The notes under the pieces: generated by a model
Told to the model about the DNA's origin: nothing
The model's input: only the letters and a program-made list of their open reading frames with translations
Database searches by the model: none
Origin: Choristocarpus tenellus KU-1152
Lineage: Eukaryota > Protista > Phaeophyceae
Direction of reading: 5' to 3'
NCBI GenBank assembly: GCA_964200185.2
Contig: CAXNAD020000003.1
Span: 3,362-67,361, forward strand
Length of the DNA: 64,000 nucleotides
Made by a program: the position numbers and the translations under genes
Shown here: one piece after another, positions 27,001 through 38,659 of the stretch
How the letters are laid out: every line of letters begins with the position of its first letter
Position numbering within the stretch: position 1 is the first letter of the stretch

Positions 27001-27992
27001 CCAATACGGGTCACCCGTAACTTAGTGCTTTTTCGAGCTGTGCCTGTTGTAACCAAACATCGCTGCGTCTGGTTAGGACTAGTTGTGACCACGTACAAGT
27101 AGCTCACCCATTCAAAAAGGAATCACAGCTGCTTTGACATCGCTGGGACGAAGATGTACGTATAGAAACATCCAATGATGCTGTGCTTCCCCACAAGTAT
27201 TTCGCACCGACATCTCTGCCAAGGTCCTGGCTTGAAATAAGGATGCAGATGCAGAATATGTCGTATGCACTAGACACGAGGAGATTTCCAGCTATGATAA
27301 GGGCATTAGATGAGCTTAAAATCTACAGACATTTTACCATCTCACCTCCATCTCCCTGGCGCCCAGCGCAGAAAGGCTGCCAGGACGGACACCGTCCGCA
27401 TCTCTAAGTATCTGCAAGCACCAATCCTTTGCTCCAGAAGGGATAACCTCTACGCCATCGTCTTCAGCAGCTCGGCATATTCTTTCTGCCAGATCAGTCA
27501 CGGCCGCCATCTTGTTAACGGTGGGAAAACGAGCACCATGCCGAGCAACCACCGCGACATATCGAAGATGTGAAATGTTGGCAATGGGGTCATTCTCTTC
27601 GCGAGTCTCAATCGGTGCTTCCTTGTCTGACACCTCCAATGATGGGCATGCTGTCACCAGATCGATTCCTTCTGCTGGTGGATTGCGTAGAAGCTTTGGC
27701 CTGCTGTAAGCTGCGGAAGGTGATAAGTCAACCTATAGCAGCCAACATATATCATATCAAACTTGAAATACGCACTACCTTCCTCGTACTTACCTTCAAG
27801 GGGATAGTACGGTCTTTTCGTACCCAGAGGGGAATCATGGTGGTAGCTTCGTACCTCGGAACACAAGGTTCCTAATACGAATCCAAATACCAATGTTCGA
27901 CAAGTGCGTATCCATTGGAGTAGGACACGAAGAAACGTAAAACGAGCTACAGGCGAGGATGCACCAGGCAGTCGAGAACATAGACAAACCAT
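24094..27992 (-). CDS. MINPP1: Multiple inositol polyphosphate phosphatase-like histidine acid phosphatase (branch 2), ER-retained, about 492 aa, 8 exons
   Basis: Minus-strand exons 27992-27794, 27710-27346, 27226-27108, 26870-26774, 26660-26598, 26434-26249, 25082-24837, 24297-24094 join in frame. Motifs LGTKRPY, RHGARFP, RTSSSQRCQSS, DDRLLRPYKSC, DLENFL|LRGYG, FTHDST, CP|FASRLVVELFDC and C-terminal HDEL-stop. The exact start codon is less certain. Confidence 0.88.
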
Positions 27993-28331
27993 TCGCTTGC
28001 AATATTAATATGTCAACAGGATGATCACACCGGAAAGAAGAGTGACGGAAGTAGGGTGGCGCACTATGGTTTCTTAGGTATGTGCAGGGTGGCCGTGGAA
28101 ACTGAACACCAAGTGATGTGCAAATGGGTTTAGACACTATATACACTATATACAACATAGGAGTTTGTAAAGAACATAGTGGCCTACTGCGCGTTCATTA
28201 TGAAGTTGATGCTCGCTCGCGGAATGGTGGTTGCAGGTTAGCGCATGTTTCCACTTTACATCACATACCTCCCTCTCGATTTCACGTTTTGGGGATTAGA
28301 GAACTATAGTCTGGGACCCTGAGGCGTAATC
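27993..28331. promoter_or_regulatory. Putative bidirectional promoter between MINPP-like and rpl15
   Basis: About 340 bp between divergent start codons; CpG-rich relative to surrounding introns. Confidence 0.6.
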
Positions 28332-31300
28332 ATGAGGGCATGTGTGGCTATGGGTCTGGTTTTGTTGGTGGGAAGCACCGGTGAGTTACGAGTTTCCATC
28401 CTGTCGTTCACTGTTGACTTCGTGTGGTTCTCAAATAGGCGTCATCTTCAAGTACCTAAACTATCCTGAAATGCTTTTAGGCGGGGCTGATGAGTACATC
28501 GGAATATGTAATATTGCGTGGTGCGTTAATATGTCTTCAAGGAGTGACGATGTGATAAGGTAATGTTGCTGAGATTGTATGGATGAGTAGTTCTCGCCTT
28601 CGATTTCCACCCTCTTGCAAGTTGGTGTTGCAATGAGAGGTAGAAAATCACAAGTTTTTCGAGTTCATATGATTTCATGCTTCATGCTCTTCTTCAACTG
28701 TTTGCTTGGTGTTCTTTTGCGGTTTCCTCTTCAGACGCGTTTGTAGCTTCAAGTCGGTTCGTGGGACTCCAGGTGGCGGGAGTTTCTGACGTTGTTGTCG
28801 CAACTTCACAGTCGAACGTGGGCGTGACCATGAAGATTTTTGACTGGAAGCGACGGACGAACCCAGATGGCATGGGTAAGCTTTATCTCTTGCTGATGAA
28901 TGGTTGCCCACTTGTACCTTTCTAGTGGGAGTCATATGTTGCAGTCATAACCCATATTTCTCTGTTGTCCATTCCTCATCATTCTGTGGTCCTTCATGCA
29001 CACTTTCTCTACCGTCGGTCGTAGGAAACTCTAGAGTTAGGATTGATTTTCTTATTTTTGCACCGGTTCATTCCTCCCCCATCATTTCTTATTCTCTGAC
29101 TGGACTCTAACATACCTTCCCACAGTCCTTGATCAGCTGTCGCCTGATACTCTGAAGCATGCTCCTGGTGCTAGGCACCGGAAGAAACGAAAGGGTCGTG
29201 GTATTTCTGCTGGTCAGGGTGCATCTTGCGGATTTGGCATGCGTGGCCAGAAGTCACGATCTGGAGTAGGGGTGCGAGCAGGATTCGAGGGAGGTCAACA
29301 GCCCTTGTACCGCCGTCTTCCTAAGTATGTTGGACGTCCCATGGGTCCTGGTCACACAAAGAAGGTGATGTCAACATCCGCATCTACTCCTGTGTTTAGA
29401 AGTTTATCTTTGGCCCAGCTAATGTGATTGCTTTAAATTTGTGATTTTTTTGGATATGCCTTAAATGCCCGAACCAGGAAGAGTAGTTGTGCGCCACCGC
29501 TAAGTGATTTTCCACCTGGTGTAATTTGTGTAGGCAATATCCATGTCTGACCATGAGCAGCTTAGCTTTTTCTTCCTCGCCACTTGCCTCTGTAACTTTT
29601 CAACACATAAGTGCTGGAGTTTCTTCACCCACAAGAGTATAGGTTTATTCCATCCCTAATGCCCATGACCATGCTTGTTACTGCAGAAATTCAATTTGAT
29701 CAAGATAGAAGCACTAAACAGTGCCGAGGCCGGATCGGTGGTCAGTTTTGAGTCTCTTCTTGAGAGCGGTGAGTACAATTTTGTAAAAAGTGTTACTAGT
29801 GTTGATCTTAATTCAAGGGTGGTTTGTGATGCATCTGGTTGCAGTATTTGTGTATTTAGTATTTGTATATTTGGTATTTGTATAATTGGCGTTTGATGAA
29901 GTTAATACGTTAGCGGGTGTTGATTCACTTTTTTGGAATATCTTAAAATATACTGGTACGTTGTGGTTCATTCATGAACGGTGTTGATGTACTGTAAAAT
30001 GTTAATACTGTTGTGCAGTATTAAATTATAAATTTACAAGAAAAACAATAGGGAGAAACAAATCAATAGTAACATTGACCAAAAATGTAGGGACTGTTTT
30101 TCAGTGGAGTGTCTAGTAGGGATAATTCTTCACAATAGAAGATGCGTTTTACATATTCCAGTTTTATGAAATGTCTGCTACACTTTTGTGAAGTACTAAT
30201 AAATAATATCTTTTTGGTAGTGCTGCATTGTGCATTATCCAACACTGGCTGTAGTCAAAGGTAGTTCACGTTTGTTGCCCTAAAATAAAAGGCCCCACAT
30301 TGATAGCCTTCTCTTTCCATCCCTTGGTTGATCAATTTAGCGTGGTAGTGCTTGATTTAGTTTAGTAGACTGTCATCAAACTTTCATCAAAATATAATCA
30401 AAATATCTTGTTGCAAGTTGGAAGTAGTAAGGGTGGTTGGTTGTTTCATCATTGGGCACACAATCATCTGACCATGCTATAATATACTACTAAAATGTAC
30501 TAAAATATACTGTGTGAGTGGACATGGCTTACTCTATCTTTACCACATCGCTCTGCTGAATTGTAGCTTCTTTGAGTTGTTAGGAAAATTAGACTTTGTG
30601 ATAAGTGTGATAATACATGATTGCTCGTGATAGACAAAATTGTTCATCACCATGCCTTACGGGATATTCTGTACCTGACATAGAAATGCTGCAATAGCTA
30701 CAGCCTTTCCCATGTACTCTTATCTTATCCTCCACAGACGTTTTTTTGGGGAGGTGGAGGTGTAAATGTAAATTTCATGAAAATTTCATTGCAATTACTT
30801 AATACGAGTTTAGTAATAATCCATATGTAATATTTGTATCGATTTGCAACCCTGAGGTGAGGGTTCAACTCTGGAACTTTCAGGCACAAAGCACTAATAT
30901 GACACCTGTGATTTTGTTAGTTGCTACATAATTCACTCAGTACCTAAAAGTGATTTAACTCTTCCTATGATTCCTCCTGTGTATGCAGCACTGTTTGATT
31001 ACGGTAGTGTATGGTATGCCTTGATGCACTGTCAATTTTTTTTAGTATGGACCGATTTGTATATTTTATAATATTGTAACTGTCATCCAAGACTGGTGTA
31101 TTTAAATGAACTGGCACAAACCTTCAGGCAAGCACAGGTATACTAAGGTTTGTTTTACCCAGATATGTAACATGTCATACATACATAAAATATACAATAT
31201 ACAATAAATTAATACAATGCTCTTATGTCACGGTCTCTTTTTTTTATTTCAGCAAGGGCATAGTATGTGACGCCTGACCGATTTTTGTGTCATTTGTGAA

Positions 31301-32987
31301 TTTCACACTGCTGCATATTTGTGTTCAACAAGGGTTTATACATAGTTTAATAGATGAGTTACATGGTCTATACCTTCAATAGATAGATGAGTTACATGGT
31401 CCAAGTGTCAGTTGGAAACCCCTTGAATGCATGGTAGTCAACTGTTCTCCCATTGTATGTTCCAAACAGGTGCAACAACCAAGACCAAGCATAGGTGGCA
31501 CAAGATTGTTGCCGGGGGGGACCTGAACGTCTCTGGGCTGACAGTTCAGGTATATAGAAAATTGAAAAGAGTACTTAACATGGTTTTGGGTAGGGTAATT
31601 TCCATCAAAATTTTGCCCTTGAAGTTGCCCTTGGGTCTTCACTTTAACGAGCTTTTCCTATATCTTGGTTGATTTTTTCTGGTGCTTTGTTCAAATGTAA
31701 GCTTGTGTGCTACTGGGTTTCAATATTTTTTAGTTTTTAGTTTGAAAAAATTGAAGTGTTTTGAAAAGGTGTTAGGTGCCAATTAGTAACTGAAAATTCA
31801 GTTAGCTCTCGTTCACTGGCTGCTGTTGGAAGCACTTCAAAAGCAGAGCCTCTTGTCGAAAATGAGTCACCATTACATAGGGGGCAGTTTACAGATTATA
31901 GGATACCCTGTCGTCAGGCATTGTGCATAACTTGTGAATGTGATGATCATCTTTCTGAAGTACTGAACTTGTGCTGTAGGAGTGTTCAACATCACCCTGC
32001 CTAGTAAGTTAAGGTTAAATTTAGATTGCAGGTGATGCTCAATAACAGTAGGTCATGATCCTCTCCATCTAAAATTGTAAAAACCCCTATGCTGAATCAT
32101 GAGCATGTTGGTAGGTAGTGTCTTTTTGTGCTAAATCGACCTGTCCCTGTGTGCCCTGTGTGTCTTGTTTTTGAGGGGTAATTTATGATGTAACACTTCC
32201 ATATTTTTTTATCTATTTGCTTCAAAAAAGAAAAAATGGTTAGTTTGATGAAGGAATAATTTCATGGTGTACATTTGGGTTTATGTAAATGAAATTGCTT
32301 CAAGCTCATGAATACTTTAACAAACATGATGACTCCTTTCAGTCCTCTTTGTTAGCAATAGGTACATGCAATAGGTGCATGAGAGATGAGAGGGATTAAA
32401 ACCGCAAGGTACAGACAGCTCCATCAGAGTTGACAGGAAACATGTGTATAATAATAATAATAATAATAGTCCTTCCCATTGCATGTCAAGATACCTGGGG
32501 TGTTTTTTGTTCTAAACCCAAACTGTAAGAATTTTCCCTAGCAGTGACTCACAACAAATTTCTACAGAGATCCATGCCTTAGTTTTTAGATGGAAATGTC
32601 TTTAATAGAATGTAACACAAGAAATTTTTTTAATTGTAATTATTGTACCTAATAGTAACAGGAAATAGTATGAAAGTTACACTCTTCTGATCTTAAATTG
32701 CAATTACAGTACTCTTTACGCTTGATTATACCTGAAGTACTAGCTTCTTACAGTTTAAGTCTCCTTCAATAGCACAAACTCCAACACAATCCTTAACCAT
32801 TGCCTGCAACCAGGCTCATGGATTTACAAAGGGTGCTGTTGAGGCCATTGAGGCCAACAATGGGAAATGTCAACTTCTGTCCCCTACCACCAATGAGGTG
32901 CTTGATATGGGTGATGGTGATGAACAAGAAGCTGAAGACACTGTTGCTGAAGATACTGCTGAGGAAGACACACAAGAAGACGCATAG
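28332..32987 (+). CDS. rpl15: Plastid 50S ribosomal protein L15 (uL15c), nucleus-encoded, about 254 aa, 6 exons
   Basis: Exons 28332-28380, 28735-28875, 29126-29364, 29687-29768, 31470-31549, 32814-32987 join in frame. Signal peptide [18 protein letters not shown] followed by FVAS (ASAFAP-type). uL15 motifs [41 protein letters not shown] and [19 protein letters not shown]; acidic C-terminal tail. Confidence 0.95.
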
Positions 32988-35900
32988 GAAACACCCTAGT
33001 CATATTGGGGAAGTGGTCAAGGACTAGATGGCATCTACAAGAGCAATACCTTGTGGGTTAAGACATGGTTGATTCCTATTGTAGCATACAGCAGTGATCT
33101 CAATGGTAATACTAACACTTGATGCCCAGGTTGTGTCGATTTGACACTTTGGTAGACCAAGACACTTTTCAATGCATTACATAGTGGATCATGAAAAACA
33201 ATATAAAAAACAATACACAAATGCACCGGTTATTTAGAGGACAAGACAAGGCGATTTCCTTTCAAAGTGGTGTCAAATTCAAATTCAAAAGCAAGACTAT
33301 GTGGCAGCAGCAAGGTACCCCACTTCATTTGTCAGTGGTAGGTATACTTGTGGTTCCTTCTCATTGCTGGTTAATGATTCTTGATCTATTCTTGGTGATA
33401 TTTTTTAGTACAACTCGGAAAATAGGTTTGTTTTCACAGTAGGAGACTCTTGACACTTGCCTATTCCTTGTGAAGAGGTCTTGATATGGACCATGCTAAG
33501 GTCCCCATTGATGATATTGTGTGAGGTAGTTAACTGAGACCCATGCCCCAAAACTTGACTCAAGTGTGGTTTATACAATAACAAGATCATACTTGAGATA
33601 CAGATAATAGATGTGTAAGGTGCAGCCTGCGCCATGTGAAGAAATTTAATTCACTGAACTGAAGAATGGATGCTTGACCTTACTATCAACCAATATGGAA
33701 CGTGTTCACATTTATCTCTCCATTTAGACTTGAGTACTTGACATAATGAGCTTCCAGACGAGATGAAACAATCTGATAGAAAGGACAATGTTAGACCTGA
33801 ATAAGGACCTGGTCGAAACCCTCCTCTGTTCTGGACGCAACCGCCTCAATTTTCTATTGCTACAGTAGGTTGGATCATAGTGCCTGTGATGGGACAACAT
33901 CATGTGCATCGAACCTTGACCATAGGAAATAGTTACCTTCAACCTTGAATCCAACATGTAACACTTCACAGGACAGGCGTGTTTGATGTTGTAAGACACA
34001 ATCAGCCTGCTAAGGCCTGATCCGTCCAACAATAAACTGTAGAGAACCCAATGACTACTGGTGGTGAAAGAGTCAACTTCCAAAATATTCCAAGTTAATT
34101 GTCAAACCCTAACCCTAAGTCTGCTTGTAATGTTGCTGTTAATATTTTAAAATACACTACACACATTGCATATTAACATGCTCCATATACATGTTTGGTG
34201 GATTTGATTCACTCAATTTTGCACTACATACTTCATCTGAGTCTTGTCCATTGCACATCAAGATCTTTGAGTCCTCTACCAGGTTCTGTAGATGAAAAGG
34301 TATGGGAGCACCCCCTCTCTTGAGTGAAGTACTATAAAATATTACTTATTATTATTATGTAGTGCATCAAGGCAACTATACACAAAGGATGGAGTCAAAT
34401 ACTTTATGGACACCTACCATAGTAGGGGAGCTGAAGCACACACACCTCTCCATACAAGAAATGAATACAGTGACCAAGCACACATGGCATGTGACACATG
34501 ACACAACCTTCGGAGCCTGGATTTGGGTGCGCTGACTTGAAACTAGTGGTTTGTTGATAGGATAGGATATACAAACAAATATGAATATTTTTGTAGAGGT
34601 AGATCCTAAGTGTAGAAGTAGATCCTAAATGTGAACACAACCAAAATAACACCTGACAAAAATCTGTCTCTTGTCTGAAATGAGGTAAACTGGCAGGTAG
34701 TTGAGCGCACAATCTCCAAAGATGTATCTATAGGGTAATTGTATCTGTAGAAGGTAACACGAAGTCCATATGTATCTTAATGAACTTCCAACATGACTCA
34801 TATCCTCACATATCCTCACATGCAAGACACAACACCTACATGCAAGACACGATAGAAAAAAAAATGCCACATTACAATTGAAAATTGTTTTTACTCTTTC
34901 CTATCAAAGCATGTAGGAACTGAAGCTAGAGAGTATCAGTATCTACAATGAACTAGTTACAACATACAACAATGATGCTCTTGTTGCTCATATCTTAGTT
35001 GTTGATAATTTGGTCAATTAGTGAACATGCCCAATATATCGCTTCTTCATATGTGGGTTTCTTTTTCAGTAATCCATCACTCATTTTTTTTTATATTTGA
35101 CATAATTGTGGTAACAACTAGAGATGGTTCCTCAGTTTTGTTTTATTTGAGAAGTGTGCATATCTCCAAACACCGTAAGTGGCAAACTTGTAGGAATTGG
35201 TGTTGTGGTCAGTACTAATTCATCTGGAGGTATATATTTTTCACCTGTAGACGTTTGCCCAACACCAAATAGTTGTTGTGTGTCAATTACTTGACAAGAA
35301 ATATAGCACTTAATCATAGTATTAAGTTAGAGAATTTAGGATTTCCCAATGAAGGACTAAGACTTAGGGTTACCAGTTGATGTATGGCACTTGATCTCTG
35401 TTCTTTCTTTGATGTGTACCTGAGAGTGGAATTATGTATGTCTCTCCTTGGACTCATTATGACTCAAAGTATCATGGAGGGTGGGTGGGTCTACACCAGT
35501 GTGTCAATTCGGGCCCTGACTAGGAGAAGTGTACTTACATTATCCATCTGACATATAGAACCAAATTCACCCAAAAATCGCAACATGGAAATATGACCCC
35601 AAATGAACAGCTGCTACCCCCCCCAGATAATTTGAGCCTGTGAACCTTGATGCTGGACCTGGTACCTCTTGTTTGAGTTTTTTTTTTGAGGGAGAAACTC
35701 AACACCTTGGCCTGTTTATTATTTTCTTCTATCATATTGAACTTCTTTGCATTCTTCCTCCTATATATTGGTTGAACTTTTGGCATTTTTGTATTGATGT
35801 ATTTATAATTTATTTTGGCGCTTCTCTTTTCTTTCTACAATATTTGGAGTATTATATTTATTCATAGCAATATGTATATACATATCCCTAACCGTAGCCA

Positions 35901-36333
35901 CTTAAAAACGCTCACATAAAGAACACTTATATATATTGCTATTGAGGTCATTATAGTGATAAGACAGGATATTATAGGTGCATAATGTGTCATCATTATT
36001 AATATTACTTCATTTTTCACAACAGTCAGTAGGGTCCCAGATCTGTGCGTTGTGAAAATGCAGCCTGAAGAAAGCAACACACGCTGGTTGAGAAGTACTC
36101 TGAGTTGAACAAGATACATAGAAGAAAGAATGGGAAAAGTAATGCAAGAAGTCAAACTATACATACATATACATACATATATATGTGAGAAAAAAGAGAG
36201 GAGAAAAGTAGAAAGAACCCAAAATGTATCCATTAGGGCAACAAAGAGGACCGAGGAGAGGTAATGTTACCAGCGCCCACAAGAATTGTGTGATAACATG
36301 TCCATCTAAGTAAAGAAATATGATTCATTACAT

Positions 36334-36900
36334 GTGACAGAAAATAAATTGAATAGAAAAGAAATAGGAGGGGCATATATCAGCTATCCCAACCTCTTTG
36401 GATTGCCATTCTGTCAACAACATTGTGTTGCGACTTTTTTTTTATTTTTTGTGTGTTTTGCAGAACATATATTACTATATATATTATTATCCTTATATAT
36501 TACTACTTACACTATGTAATAGTATAGGTAAATAGCTGGAAATAATAAATATATGTGTGTATATTATTATTATGCACACTGACGTGTTGCAGACATTATT
36601 GGAGGAGCAGAAAGGAGAGAGCTCAACAAAACACAAGAGGAATGTAAGGTTTGGAGAAGGAAGATATATACTGGAAATAATACAACAAACCCAACAACAG
36701 GAGATGGTCAACATAAACAAGCACCAACCAGAGTACCAAAGTAATCGAGAGGTATGTATGCAAGGTTGCATTTTAAAGGATGTTGAGAAGAGGCACAAGA
36801 CACCATTTTGTACTTCACTGAAGTGTGGTGTCACTGTGTGTGGAAAGGGGGAATATCAATTTTGTGTACACTATTGTGGATATGAAGCAATGAATAGGGT
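36334..36900 (+). mobile_element. Decayed piggyBac-like transposase C-terminal fragment
   Basis: NRKEIGGAYISY resembles the piggyBac motif YNxxMGGVDxxD via single-base changes (ATG>ATA, GTA>GCA, GAT>TAT twice), followed by a Phe-rich stretch and then HQP...R..C...C......R.KT..C...C.V.VC, like the piggyBac cysteine-rich domain. The two parts lie in different frames. Confidence 0.55.
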
Positions 36901-38659
36901 GCTTTGCACAGTGGAGCAAGATGGCTTTGATTGCAAAAAGACCCAAACCTGCTTACCTCTCTACTAGATTGGGTGAGAGTTATATCGTCGAGTTAGTTGT
37001 ATTACATGTAAAAAAAAGAAAAGAAACAACTAAAGCAACTTCTTGACTGACACCATGAATGACACAGACAAGTGTCAAGGGAAGAATCCCACGAATCAGT
37101 TAAGCCTCTCCTACCACATTGACCTGGGTGTCCAGTTTGAAATGAGTCATAGTAAACTAAAGTATATGAAAGGTACCCAGTTTTTGTCCGTTATGCATTT
37201 TACACCGTCTTTTTGTTTTTTTAAATTTATCCATACTTATATTTCTATTGACAAGGTGCAAAGAATGACTTGAGAGCGTTGATTTCTCTATTGATCAATA
37301 CTTTTTTACAGAATTAATAAAATAAATAACCTACACGCATTTGTAAAAAAAAACGAATTTGCACATAATTGTTAGCATCCTTCAAATACAACTCTGGATA
37401 CCTCTGGGTTACATTAGCTCAACAGAAGACCCATCCAGAGAATGCCAGTTGAGCACTGACACGATCTGTGACAGGTGTGTCTTCACTTCTCCCTTCCTAC
37501 TGAAACCCAAATACCTTGAGTGCCTCTTTGTATACTTTGTTTATTGCACTATGCAATATCATCTCCAGTATTATTTGACTATTTGTAAATAGATATCATG
37601 TTTGAAGTTTGCTACAAAATAGTCAAATACTGAATAAACTTTAGATCAACAGAAATTAGCCTGGGTTGTGGTTTGAAGAACATACAATTTTTGAAAGGGT
37701 CAGCCTTGGAAAAACAGTTTTTGTTAGGATAGACCCAACCAAAAAAAAAGGACAGGACAGGGCTGTTGACCAGTCTGGGTGATGGATATTTTGACAGGGC
37801 TGGGCTGGGTGTTCCTAAATTGTGGTGAGATAGAGCTGCAGACCATTTGAGGTTACAGGTTAATGTTGGTACAGTGTTACCCCTAACACACTACTTGACA
37901 ATGTGCACATAGGGCAGGTCAGATACACTCTTGAACACCTATTCTGACAAGCAGTTGGAGGACAACCAATGATGAAGTGAGTGAGATCACCTGCGTGCAT
38001 TCCTCTGGTATATAGGTATTGGTTGTTTTATGGTCTTGTAGTTTTGTGGTCCTTGACTGACTCACAAACTGCAAAATAAAAACTAACACTTCTTGGTGCC
38101 ACAAAATGCCTCCTACCCACACAACTTGGACACTCACACAGGATTCCACCCAGCCAGGCTTACCTTACCAACTCCATATCCCAGACCATTGGGTCTAGTC
38201 CAGATTACTCCTGGTTCTTCCTCAACTAGAGACCTAAAGCACACTGGACCCAACTTGGAAATTCTAATAGGAGGATAAAAAATTGTTTGTGGGTTGTCCT
38301 CAAATTCTGTGTTGAACTATCTAAAACCCCCCCAACCAAACTCGCCATATTCTACTTCAGATTACACACCACACATCAGCTACATGCCACACCAAGGGGG
38401 ATACTACAAATAACACAAACACAGTAAAAGTTTGTACCAACTGTATAACTGTATACATAGAATTACCTTGGATATGCAGACTTCAATATGTTGGACTCAG
38501 TATCCCAAGTTCACATGAGATGTTGATCATGAGGATGGTGAATCAGAAAACATCTAGTACAGAGTGAATCAGACAACATCTAGTAAATAATGTCATTCGG
38601 TTCAACCACTGATACTTCCACAAAGTGTCAATGCTTTACATGTCAGCTCCTCTATACAG

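Noticed and set aside
28677-28734. ORF-track start for rpl15
   Set aside because: A better signal-peptide exon with a GTGAGT donor at 28332-28380 and a strong acceptor at 28734 exists; kept only as a possible alternative start.
31938-31966. Box C/D snoRNA-like GTGATGA...CTGA in an rpl15 intron
   Set aside because: Too short, no terminal stem or recognisable rRNA antisense element.
31876-32091. CATAGGGG...CCCCTATG inverted ends suggesting a small MITE
   Set aside because: Short match with no target-site duplication; cannot be supported without copy-number data.
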